A DNA stretch of 59,853 bases, counting the filler. It is 3 parts of 3 records of this genome, joined end to end, with 100 filler letters (N's around TTAATTAATTAA, not from the genome) between each part and the next. Parts side by side here need not be neighbours in the genome. Positions count along the whole stretch, not along the records: positions 1 to 28,911 come from DRR723986_10974; positions 29,012 to 46,405 come from DRR723986_11072; 1 more part is not named here. One strand, 5' to 3'. This document shows positions 21,525 through 30,944 of the stretch, piece after piece. Below the pieces are notes generated by a model, which had not been told where the DNA came from, ran no database searches, and saw only the letters and a list, made by a program, of their open reading frames with translations. How positions within the stretch are numbered: the stretch's first letter is position 1; every line of letters begins with the position of its first letter. The translations under genes and the position numbers were made by a program.

Positions 21525-21560
21525 CACTAGTGATTTATTAATATCCCTGTTTTCAGGGAT
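21525..21560 (+). promoter_or_regulatory. Putative NarL/LuxR operator upstream of the second susC
   Basis: cactagtgatt-N7-atccctgttttcagggat; contains the perfect 7-4-7 inverted repeat ATCCCTG-tttt-CAGGGAT. Confidence 0.7.
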
Positions 21561-21709
21561 TGAATAGGCTCATTTTTTAGAAAGATTTGAACGTGAAATA
21601 ATCGTGGGTTTACAAAAATTGAATTCAAGGAAAAACTTCCACTTGTTTTTACTGCTGTAGTATAACTCCACTTTTAATTCATTAAACACTATTCAACTCA
21701 ATTAATTAA

Positions 21710-24700
21710 ATGTTTAACATGAAAAAACTTTTACATTGTTCGTTTGTGACGATGTGTTTTCTCCTGTTTCATTTTCAGGTTAATGCCCAGTCCTTAAATG
21801 TGACTGGAACCATAAGCAGTGCTGAAGATGGGATATCATTACCGGGAGCAAGCATTTTGGTCAAGGGAACCACTAAAGGTGTCACCTCGGACATCGATGG
21901 AAAATACCAGATAACTGTAGAAAAAGGTCAGGTACTGGTATTCAGTTTTATAGGTTTGGTCAGCCAAGAAAGGATGATCGATGTAGGCGGAACTCTTGAT
22001 ATAGTTTTAGAGCCTGATGCTCAGGCGCTTTATGAATTCGTAGTAGTCGGTTATGGTACACAAAAACGCAGTGACCTGACTGGAGCTGTATCATCAGTAG
22101 ACACCAAGGTACTGGAGTCACGACCAATTACAGATGTGGCACGTGGACTGCAAGGTTCCACTCCTGGCCTTACTATCACCACTCCAAGTGGTCAGATCGG
22201 ACAAAATCCAACGATAAGACTACGAGGAACGGTAGGTACATTAAGTAATTCAGGGGGAGCCCAGCCGCTTATTTTGGTGGATAACGTGGAAATTCCAAAC
22301 CTCCAGTTAGTTAACCCTGAAGATATTGAATCGATCTCTGTATTAAAGGATGCGGCTTCTTCCTCCATTTATGGGTCTAGAGGTGCTTGGGGTGTGATTC
22401 TGATCACTACCAAAAAAGGTAAAAAAGGAGAAGCTCCAAAAATCAGTTATTCAAACAACTTCGCTTGGGCAACTCCTACCGTTACTCCTACCATTGCCAA
22501 TGCAGCAGATGGAGCGGAAATGGCTTTTAAAGCACTACAGCGAACTAACCCTTCCACCAACGTATTTGGTGTTGTAGGTATGTATTTCGACGAAATCGGT
22601 ATACAAAAAATGCGTGACTGGGAAGCTCAGTATGGTGGCCAAAACCTCGGAAATGAAATGGTCATAGGAAGAGATTTTGAAGTTAGAGACGGTAGATTAT
22701 TCTTTTACCGCCCATGGGATGCTGGTGACATGTTTATGAAAAACTGGACACCTCAACAGAAACATGACCTATCCGTAGCTGGTGGCTCTGAAAAAACAAC
22801 ATACAGACTTGGTGTAGGTTACCTTGGTCAGAACGGTGTGCTCAAAGTAAACCCTGATGAATTCAACCGTTATACTGCTGATTTAAGCGTAAGTAGTCAG
22901 GTAACTGATTGGATGGAAGTAAGAGGAGGTGTTCTCTACAGTAATACAAAGTTCACCAGACCTTTCTACTTCTCAAGTGAGACATATGATCCATGGTATT
23001 ATCTTCTCAGATGGCCTAAAAACTACCCTTATGGTACCTATGAAGGACAGCCATTCCGAAGTGCTATCACTGAGGTGCAGCAGGCAAAAATGAATGAGCA
23101 AAACACCTCTCTTACCCGCCTTAACTTAGGAACTACCATAACTCCATTGAAAGGTTTGTCTATCGTAGCGAATTACACCTTTGATTCTCAAAACTTCCAT
23201 GACCACCAAACTGGTGGAGTCGTATCAGCCTATAATTTTTGGTCTACAGGAGCAAACCTTCAAAACGCACCTTATACCAGTGCATCTTATAACCGTGTTC
23301 AATATGCTTCTTCCTGGAGTAATAGAAACGTAGGAAAAGCATTTGCTACGTATGAGAAAATGTTTGGCGACCATTCATTGAAAGCTATGGTTGGTGGAGA
23401 TATAGAAGCCTATGAATACTGGTACCACAGCTCCCAAAGAAGAGATTTGATGGATCTGGACAGAGGGGAACTTGACCTTGCTTCCGGTGACCAGTTTGTC
23501 GATGGATCAAGAAACCAGTGGTCAACTGCAGGTGCTTTTAGCCGACTAAACTATAACTATAAAGGTAAATACTTCCTGGAATTGAACGGCAGATATGATG
23601 GATCTTCAAGATTGTCGCCTACAGAAAGATGGGCATTTTTCCCATCCATGTCCGCAGGATATGTAATCTCTGAAGAATCATTTTTCGAGCCCGTATCCAG
23701 TGTCATTTCCTTCTTGAAACTTCGTGGATCATGGGGAGCAATAGGAAATCAAAATGCTTACCTACGAGATATATACAGAATAATGGGTTCCACCTCTTCT
23801 GGCTGGTTGCTGGGTGCGAACAATCAATTAACATTCGGTACTCCTGGAGCACTTCCTTCTTCCCTTACTTGGGAGACGGTAACTACCTTGGATTTAGGAT
23901 TTGATGCCAGGTTCTTCAAAGATAAATTCGGGGTTTCCTTCGATTGGTATAACAGAACCACTAGTGACATGCATAGTGCTGGTGAAGTCCTACCAGCCTC
24001 TTATGGAACCTCTGCGACTAAGCAGAATTTTGGCGAACTGGAGACAAAAGGCTGGGAACTGGCACTGGATTACACGCATGGATTTACCAATGGATTAAAT
24101 TTAAATGCAACGGTAGTTCTTTCTGATTACAAGGAAACTATAACAGAATTTGCAGATAACACAAGTATCTATTCTAACCGTCCGGGTAGAGTAATCGGAG
24201 ATATCTGGGGTTATGAGACAGACCGATTATTCACAGAGGATGATTTCGTGAAAGATGGCAATGGAGAATTAGTGTTGGACAATGGAAAATATGTACTCAA
24301 AGAAGGTATTCCTTCCCAATCCTTGTACGAAAGCGGCTGGTTCTATTATGGCCCAGGTGATGTAAAATATAAAGACCTGAATGGAGATGGTGAACTCACT
24401 TTTGGTCAAAATACGGAAGAGGATCATGGGGATCTTAAAGTAATCGGTAATTCCACCCCTAGATACCAATACGGTGTACGTCTAGGAATGGACTTCAAAG
24501 GAATAGATCTGAGCTTTTTCATTCAAGGCGTAGGTAAAAGAGACTATTGGGCAAACGGTCCAATTATGATCCCTGGTTACAGACCGGGAGAAGCTTGGTT
24601 CTCACATCAATTGGACTATTGGAGCGAAGATAATCCAGATGCATTTTACCCACGTCCAACCAATGCACTTCAATCTAATAATGCTAAAAACTTCCTTCCT

Positions 24701-24970
24701 CAGACCAGATATTTACTTGATTTATCTTACATGAGAATGAAGAATATCACCTTGGGTTACTCCCTTCCTTCTTCGTTGATTTCTAAGATTAGCGTGGATA
24801 AAGTAAGAGTTTATGTATCCGGAGAAAACCTATTTGAGATTGACAAATTAGACCTGCCATTGGATCCTGAAGTGGATTATACTTCTGCAGGAAGTAACGA
24901 CTCGAACACCTTTGGAAGAGTTTACCCATATAGCAGAACCCTGTCATTTGGTCTACAGGTCACCTTTTAA
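21710..24970 (+). CDS. susC: SusC/RagA TonB-dependent transporter
   Basis: EFVVVGYGTQK, VLKDAASSSIYGSRGAWGVILITTKKG, C-terminal YPYSRTLSFGLQVTF. Confidence 0.95.
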   Translation: MFNMKKLLHCSFVTMCFLLFHFQVNAQSLNVTGTISSAEDGISLPGASILVKGTTKGVTSDIDGKYQITVEKGQVLVFSFIGLVSQERMIDVGGTLDIVLEPDAQALYEFVVVGYGTQKRSDLTGAVSSVDTKVLESRPITDVARGLQGSTPGLTITTPSGQIGQNPTIRLRGTVGTLSNSGGAQPLILVDNVEIPNLQLVNPEDIESISVLKDAASSSIYGSRGAWGVILITTKKGKKGEAPKISYSNNFAWATPTVTPTIANAADGAEMAFKALQRTNPSTNVFGVVGMYFDEIGIQKMRDWEAQYGGQNLGNEMVIGRDFEVRDGRLFFYRPWDAGDMFMKNWTPQQKHDLSVAGGSEKTTYRLGVGYLGQNGVLKVNPDEFNRYTADLSVSSQVTDWMEVRGGVLYSNTKFTRPFYFSSETYDPWYYLLRWPKNYPYGTYEGQPFRSAITEVQQAKMNEQNTSLTRLNLGTTITPLKGLSIVANYTFDSQNFHDHQTGGVVSAYNFWSTGANLQNAPYTSASYNRVQYASSWSNRNVGKAFATYEKMFGDHSLKAMVGGDIEAYEYWYHSSQRRDLMDLDRGELDLASGDQFVDGSRNQWSTAGAFSRLNYNYKGKYFLELNGRYDGSSRLSPTERWAFFPSMSAGYVISEESFFEPVSSVISFLKLRGSWGAIGNQNAYLRDIYRIMGSTSSGWLLGANNQLTFGTPGALPSSLTWETVTTLDLGFDARFFKDKFGVSFDWYNRTTSDMHSAGEVLPASYGTSATKQNFGELETKGWELALDYTHGFTNGLNLNATVVLSDYKETITEFADNTSIYSNRPGRVIGDIWGYETDRLFTEDDFVKDGNGELVLDNGKYVLKEGIPSQSLYESGWFYYGPGDVKYKDLNGDGELTFGQNTEEDHGDLKVIGNSTPRYQYGVRLGMDFKGIDLSFFIQGVGKRDYWANGPIMIPGYRPGEAWFSHQLDYWSEDNPDAFYPRPTNALQSNNAKNFLPQTRYLLDLSYMRMKNITLGYSLPSSLISKISVDKVRVYVSGENLFEIDKLDLPLDPEVDYTSAGSNDSNTFGRVYPYSRTLSFGLQVTF

Positions 24971-24982
24971 ATTGATAGCACG

Positions 24983-26689
24983 ATGAAACTTAGAATAATA
25001 GCACTCGCTCTCAGCTTCTTTGCACTTTCCAGTTGTGAAGATTTTCTGGAAAAACCACCATTAGACAGTCTTACGGATGAGACGTATTGGACCAATGAAA
25101 GCAATGTCAGAAGTTTTTCATGGGGATTTTATACTGCCTACTTTAGTGGGTATGGCTCAGGCTATACCTGGGGTAAATTCTTCTCCGGACAAACCTTAAA
25201 TGATGACTTCGCCCCTTCAAGTCCAAGTCAATTCAGAAGAACTGTCCCAACGGCAGCTACAAGTGGATATTGGAACTTCTCTTATGTGAGAAAGGCAAAC
25301 ATTTTTCTTGATAGAGTACAAACAGTTCCAATGGATGAAGAGGCAATTCTACATTGGTCAGGGGTAGCTCGCTTCTTTAGAGCTTTAGAATACTTTGATT
25401 TGGTTAAGCAGTTTGGAGATGTTCCTTGGTATGATGAAGAACTAAGTGAGTCAGATCCAGAAATGCTATACAGACCTAGAGATTCCCGGGAATATGTCAT
25501 GGACAGAGTCTTGGAAGATTTCGAGTTCGCTGCAGAAAATGTGCGCATAGACGATGGTAACGATGGTCAGACCGTAAACAGAGCGGTAGTACTAGCCCTG
25601 ATGTCCAGAGTATTTCTATTTGAAGGCACTTGGCAGAAATACCATAACAGTAACAACGAAAAAGCAAAAGAATACTTGGAAGCCTCTAAAAGTGCAGCTG
25701 CTGAGTTGATCAGCACCGGAGGTTTCTCTTTGGGTAATTACCGGGAAGTATTTAATTCATTGAATTTGACAGGTAATCCTGAGGTGATTCTTTTCAGACA
25801 TTACGAACCTGGAATCTTAACCCATGCATTGAATTCTTATAACAACATGGAGCCTCAGACGGGGGTATCTAAAGATGCCATCGAAGCTTACTTGGCTGAT
25901 GATGGGCTTCCTATTGGTTTGTCCTCAGTTTATCAAGGAGACAAAGGCATAGAGAATGTAATGGCCAATAGGGATCCAAGAATGTATGAAACCCTTGTTT
26001 CTGATGAATTGAGATTGAATGGTATAGCTTCGAATTACAGCACCACCGGCTATGCGACTCACAAATTCCTCAATGAGGTGATTAAAGATGAACCGGAAGG
26101 AAGCTCTAATCTGAACTACACGGATTCTCCTGTTATACGATTTGGTGAAGTATTGATCAACTACGCAGAGGCTGCTGCGGAACTGGCATCAGTTGGCGGA
26201 GCTGCACTAACGCAGGCAGACATTGACATGTCTGTTAATGTGCTCCGTGACAGACCGGGAATAATGTTACCGCATCTTGAAATTATGGGCACTGAGGTAG
26301 CGGTTAATGGAATGGTTTATGACGATCCTGCCAGAGATCCCGAAATCCCTTCTATAATTTGGGAAATCCGTCGTGAAAGAAGAATTGAATTGATGATGGA
26401 AGGATTCCGAACTGATGACCTTGCGCGATGGGCAAAGTATGAGTACACCGATACAGAAGGAAACTCAGACATCAATCGTGGTGCTTGGATCAGAAAAGCA
26501 GATTATCCTGCACTTCAAAGTAGCGTTACACTAACTGAAGGTGAAGAAGGATACATCATCCCTGCGACAGCAGCAGTATCCCAACGTTTGTTTGAAGATC
26601 CCAAAGTGTACCTAGATCCTATTCCATTAGATCAAATTACACTTTACCAGGAAAAAGGCGTGACATTAACACAAAATCCAGGTTGGTAA
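24983..26689 (+). CDS. susD: RagB/SusD family lipoprotein
   Basis: Lipobox LSSCEDFL; RFGEVLINYAEA, RRERRIELMMEGFR, QNPGW. Confidence 0.93.
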   Translation: MKLRIIALALSFFALSSCEDFLEKPPLDSLTDETYWTNESNVRSFSWGFYTAYFSGYGSGYTWGKFFSGQTLNDDFAPSSPSQFRRTVPTAATSGYWNFSYVRKANIFLDRVQTVPMDEEAILHWSGVARFFRALEYFDLVKQFGDVPWYDEELSESDPEMLYRPRDSREYVMDRVLEDFEFAAENVRIDDGNDGQTVNRAVVLALMSRVFLFEGTWQKYHNSNNEKAKEYLEASKSAAAELISTGGFSLGNYREVFNSLNLTGNPEVILFRHYEPGILTHALNSYNNMEPQTGVSKDAIEAYLADDGLPIGLSSVYQGDKGIENVMANRDPRMYETLVSDELRLNGIASNYSTTGYATHKFLNEVIKDEPEGSSNLNYTDSPVIRFGEVLINYAEAAAELASVGGAALTQADIDMSVNVLRDRPGIMLPHLEIMGTEVAVNGMVYDDPARDPEIPSIIWEIRRERRIELMMEGFRTDDLARWAKYEYTDTEGNSDINRGAWIRKADYPALQSSVTLTEGEEGYIIPATAAVSQRLFEDPKVYLDPIPLDQITLYQEKGVTLTQNPGW

Positions 26690-26710
26690 TCAGTTTACAT
26701 TAAATAAAAC

Positions 26711-26749
26711 ATGTCCTTCTTTCAATCAACGAAAGAAGGACATTTTTTT
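26711..26749 (+). terminator. Rho-independent terminator or attenuator after susD
   Basis: 13-bp stem atgtccttctttc/gaaagaaggacat, 7-nt loop, T-run. Confidence 0.8.
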
Positions 26750-26780
26750 AGCTTACAATTCATCATAAAGTACATTTTCC

Positions 26781-28622
26781 ATGAAGAAAATACTCATTCT
26801 CCTTTTCCTATTAAAATTTGATATCGCTCAAGCTCAAGATTTTAAGTTTGCATTCATTTCGGACACGCACATTGGTTCTCCTAACGGAGTTGCGGAAGAG
26901 GATTTGAAAAGAACGGTCTCGGATATCAATTCTTTGGGAAACATGGATTTTGCAATTGTCACCGGTGACATTACCGAAATGGGTACTAATGAGGAAATTT
27001 CTACCGCCAAGAAATTATTGGATGAGCTAGCCATCCCTTACTATGTAATTCCAGGGAATCACGATACAGGATGGTCAGAATCCGGAGGAGTAAGTTTTAT
27101 CACTACTTTTGGTTACGACAAATTCGCCTTTGAGCACAAAGGATTCAAGTTCATAGGAACTGCTTCTGGTCCTTACGTCCGTATGTCGGACGGCCACATA
27201 CCGAGAGATGCAGTCGTTTGGTTGGATTCTGTGCTAAATGCCATTCCAGCTAATCAGCCTATCATTAATGCAAACCATTATCCACTAAACAACAGCTTGG
27301 ACAACTGGTTTGAGATGACAGACCGATTAAAAAAGCACAATACTCAATTCTCCATCTGTGGTCATGGCCATGCAAATAAAGCCTTGAATTTTGAAGGAAT
27401 TCCTGGAGCTATGGGGAGATCAAACCTGCGGGCCAAAGATGAAATCGGGGGATATACTATTGTTGAAATCACCGATGATACTGCCTTTTTCTCTGAAAGA
27501 ACACCTGGAGTAAAAACCCAGGATCCTTGGAGAGAAATAGCGCTAAATACAAGAAACTACGAAGATTCAACTACCGATCCTAGGCCAGATTATAGTATCA
27601 ATGAGCAATATCCTCAGGTAAAATCGAAATGGAGTTATCATTCTTCTGCGAATGTTATTTCAACTCCTTTAGTAAAGGATGGAAAAGTGTTTTTCGGTAA
27701 CAGCCTGGGTAAGTTTGAAGCATTGAATGCAGAAACAGGTAAAGTTAACTGGTCTTTTCAAACCAATGGAGGCATCTTTTCCTCTCCTTCTGCCTTCGAA
27801 GATTTAGTCATATTTGGATCCGGTGATGGGAACATCTATGCCTTGAATTCAGCCAATGGAAATTTAAAATGGAAGGCAACTACAGGTTCTGCAGTTTTGG
27901 GATCCCCTATTATTCAGGAAGATGTAGTTTACATAGGTGGAAGTGATGGTAAATTCAGAGCGCTGGATGCTGCAAGCGGTAGCGTTAAGTGGGAGTTCGA
28001 AGGTATCCAAGGTGCTGTAGTCAGCAAACCTTTGTTATCTGATGGCCTGGTAATTTTTGGTGCTTGGGACAAAAACCTCTATGCTCTGGATCAACAGACC
28101 GGAGATCTCAAATGGAGCTGGAATAATGGTTCACCCAACCGAATGTACTCCCCTGCCATGTGCATACCGGTTGCTGCAAATGGCACCGTATTCATCGTCG
28201 CCCCAGACCGTTACCTAACTTCCTTGGATGTGCATACTGGTGACGAACTATGGCGAAGTAATGAGGCGACAGTCCGTGAATCAATAGGTATTTCTGAAGA
28301 TAAAAAGTGGATATACGGTAAAACAATGAATGATGAAATTGTCGCGTACCCTACGAGCCGGGAAAAATCCCAAGTCGCTTGGAGAATGGATGCTGGCTTT
28401 GGGTATGAGCATGTACCCTCTATGTTGGTGGAAAAAGATGGTAAGGTATATTTTGGCACAAAGAACAGCACAGTATATAGCATCAATCCAACAACCCAAA
28501 CTACCAACTGGGCACATAAAATTGATAACTCAATGGCAAATACCGTAAATGTAGTATCTGAGCATTCCTTGGTAGTAGCTACAATGGATGGAAAAATGGA
28601 GTGGTTGGAGTTTGTCCCTTAA
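26781..28622 (+). CDS. Secreted calcineurin-like metallophosphoesterase fused to a PQQ-like beta-propeller
   Basis: Signal peptide; SDTH, TGD, GNHD, GHGH motifs; repeated ALxAxxGxxxW propeller blades. Confidence 0.88.
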   Translation: MKKILILLFLLKFDIAQAQDFKFAFISDTHIGSPNGVAEEDLKRTVSDINSLGNMDFAIVTGDITEMGTNEEISTAKKLLDELAIPYYVIPGNHDTGWSESGGVSFITTFGYDKFAFEHKGFKFIGTASGPYVRMSDGHIPRDAVVWLDSVLNAIPANQPIINANHYPLNNSLDNWFEMTDRLKKHNTQFSICGHGHANKALNFEGIPGAMGRSNLRAKDEIGGYTIVEITDDTAFFSERTPGVKTQDPWREIALNTRNYEDSTTDPRPDYSINEQYPQVKSKWSYHSSANVISTPLVKDGKVFFGNSLGKFEALNAETGKVNWSFQTNGGIFSSPSAFEDLVIFGSGDGNIYALNSANGNLKWKATTGSAVLGSPIIQEDVVYIGGSDGKFRALDAASGSVKWEFEGIQGAVVSKPLLSDGLVIFGAWDKNLYALDQQTGDLKWSWNNGSPNRMYSPAMCIPVAANGTVFIVAPDRYLTSLDVHTGDELWRSNEATVRESIGISEDKKWIYGKTMNDEIVAYPTSREKSQVAWRMDAGFGYEHVPSMLVEKDGKVYFGTKNSTVYSINPTTQTTNWAHKIDNSMANTVNVVSEHSLVVATMDGKMEWLEFVP

Positions 28623-28803
28623 GGATTAATGCTCCATTTACAGCCTCCCATTCACTTCACTAACGCAGGTCTTTCATTAGATCCATCAATAAATCAACCC
28701 CAGTCAAGTAGTCGCTCAGCTTTTCAAAAAACACATTTCAATCCACGATAAAAACCCGTTTCAAATGCTTCCTGATAATTATTCAATATCATTAGCCGCT
28801 TTT

Positions 28804-28911
28804 GTACCGGTATGGAGTCAAAAGCAGAAAAGAATAGGTTAAACTTAGGAATTGAGGCCGCTTCTGACATCAGCCTTCCTTCCTGATAAGCAAAAAATCT
28901 AAGGTGACTGG
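28804..28911. repeat. Imperfect direct repeat, copy B (right end of contig 1)
   Basis: Aligns with 1-136; copy A carries an extra internal segment. Confidence 0.85.
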
Positions 28912-29011
28912 NNNNNNNNNNNNNNNNNNNNNNNNNNNNNNNNNNNNNNNNNNNNTTAATTAATTAANNNNNNNNNNNNNNNNNNNNNNNNNNNNNNNNN
29001 NNNNNNNNNNN
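28912..29011. other. Artificial contig linker (N44-TTAATTAATTAA-N44)
   Basis: N runs flanking a six-frame stop spacer. Confidence 0.98.
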
Positions 29012-29640
29012 CCTAAAATCAAATTAACATCCATGGATGTTCCTTTTTGAGGGAATACAAAACGTAATTGATTGTCTTCAGAATAGTCGAAATCTCCATA
29101 CTTTTTCAATCCTTTTTGATACATTACTTCTTGATGTGCCAGCATTTCATCCCATGGAAAAAGTTCATCTCCCGCATCCGAATATTCTTCACCATTACAG
29201 TAATAGAAATTAAAGGTATAATCGCATGCAGGCCCGCAACCAACAGCCATTCTCCCAACTAAATCTAAGCCATCTGCCATTCTAAACATCACATATTCTA
29301 TCCAGCCTTCCATTCCCCCTCTTATACTCACAAAACCACCTTTAACATCCTTGGTTTCATAAAACAAATGGCATTTTTCATTTGGATCATTCCAATCTAT
29401 TTGATCTTGTTTATCCACGATACATGCATCCTCAAAAAACTCGGCATAATCATCAACATTCCAACCTGATGGGTCAATGTTAACTTCTTCTGAACTTGTA
29501 AGTGCTGTTTCGCCGCTTGTTGAATCCTCAATATTGGTAGTAAATTCGGCATTCTCACTGATTTCTTTATCTTCTTGTGAATTAGATTCACCACAAGCAA
29601 AGAAAAATAGACTAATTGGGATGTAAATTAATTTTTTCAT
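29012..29640 (-). CDS. Hypothetical acidic lipoprotein, 3' end truncated by the contig break
   Basis: Lipobox FFFACGES; frame runs into the N-linker. Confidence 0.7.
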
Positions 29641-29945
29641 TGATTTGATTTTGAACTTGCTATTAAGTCAGTACTCCACGCTTCAGGCTTTGCGTTAAAC
29701 CAATCTTTTACTTTGGGCCAAACCATTCCAAACAATTCTGTTTGGCGATAAGCATCTAATGAAGATTGTGCATCCCAAGTACTGTAGGTGAAAAACACTC
29801 CCGAAGATTCCTTATCTCTCAACAACCTCACTTCTGAGCAACCTGGCTGAGCAGCTATTTGATCTTTAATATTAGAAAAAAACGTTTGAAACTCGTCACA
29901 ACGATCAAGTTTGAAAGTCATTTTAACAATTCGTTGAATGGCCAT
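29637..29945 (-). CDS. Antibiotic biosynthesis monooxygenase (ABM) family protein
   Basis: RIVKMTF...PGC...FFTYSTW..LDAYRQTELF..VW. Confidence 0.85.
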   Translation of the reverse strand: MAIQRIVKMTFKLDRCDEFQTFFSNIKDQIAAQPGCSEVRLLRDKESSGVFFTYSTWDAQSSLDAYRQTELFGMVWPKVKDWFNAKPEAWSTDLIASSKSNQ

Positions 29946-29948
29946 AAT

Positions 29949-30815
29949 CTATTCTTTCGGAAATAATGATTCAATATTATCTTTCGAGCCTTTTGGATGA
30001 AATTCGATTCGAATGACATCCTTCACGTGTAATCCTAACAAAGATGCCGCTCCTCCTCCATTCCCTTGAACGCCTTTATTTATAGCAATTTCTAAAAATC
30101 CATTATCATTAAAAATCGCCAATTTTTCGCCCATGGGTACGTCATAGTAATTGCTTGAAATATTTTCAATGAAATAACGCGAATTTTTGAAATAGATAGT
30201 GAACGGATTCCCTGAGCCAACTTCATTAAACAATCGTTCCGTGATATTCACAATCAAATTCCCGTATTTATCTTCATGTATTACCGTTCCTTTTATCAAA
30301 TCTTTTTGAATCGTAGGTTGAGTCGTAAAAGCTTTCCGGATATTCGGAAAATCTTCCCCCATTGTTTTAGGATCTGTGCCATTTGACAAGGCCACTATCG
30401 CAGGAACATAAATATTTCTTGTGGGGAATCTCAATTGTGCTTTAGCGCTAAAATCATCCAACCGTATAACTACCTCTGCTTCCTCAAAATTATTTAACAA
30501 CGAAAAAATACCATTATCACAGCCAATAAAAAATTGATTTTTCAATTTCATTATAAGTGGATACAAATTGTTTTCTCCACTTCCAATTGAAATATGAGGC
30601 AAGCTATCTACACCTAAAAAATGAATTGTTCCATCTGGAAAATCATCCATCACATTATTCACATAATAGGCGGCCTGCGCAATGTTAAATGGTTGAACGT
30701 CATGAGAAATATCAACGACTTGACAATAATCTATTTTAGATAATAATTGCCCTTTTAACGCAGCAACATAATGGTCTTTTAAACCGAGATCCGTTGTAAG
30801 GGTAATTATTCTCAT
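29949..30815 (-). CDS. SAM hydrolase / SAM-dependent halogenase family (DUF62)
   Basis: ITLTTDLG.KDHYVAALKG, DISHDVQPF, FPDGTIH, DNG, DKYGNL, GFLEIAIN. Confidence 0.9.
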   Translation of the reverse strand: MRIITLTTDLGLKDHYVAALKGQLLSKIDYCQVVDISHDVQPFNIAQAAYYVNNVMDDFPDGTIHFLGVDSLPHISIGSGENNLYPLIMKLKNQFFIGCDNGIFSLLNNFEEAEVVIRLDDFSAKAQLRFPTRNIYVPAIVALSNGTDPKTMGEDFPNIRKAFTTQPTIQKDLIKGTVIHEDKYGNLIVNITERLFNEVGSGNPFTIYFKNSRYFIENISSNYYDVPMGEKLAIFNDNGFLEIAINKGVQGNGGGAASLLGLHVKDVIRIEFHPKGSKDNIESLFPKE

Positions 30816-30944
30816 TTTCTATTTTTCGCTACGTTTGACAAATTAACCAATAACGTGGTATACAAGCGAGTTTTTTTTAATTTTAACCAAAATTAATTTT
30901 AATTTTTACTCCATTTAGTCAATTGAAAATAATTAATTAACATT

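Noticed and set aside
28661-28911. Minus-strand open frame of about 60 codons running through repeat copy B
   Set aside because: Copy A has a stop in the equivalent frame and the differences are mostly non-synonymous, so it is not convincingly coding
28956-28967. TTAATTAATTAA palindrome (also 46450-46461)
   Set aside because: Artificial six-frame stop linker
29949-30815. DUF62 gene as a fluorinase/chlorinase of a halometabolite cluster
   Set aside because: It sits in a housekeeping ABM-DUF62-phoH-purC neighbourhood with no biosynthetic genes; SAM hydrolase-like function is more likely
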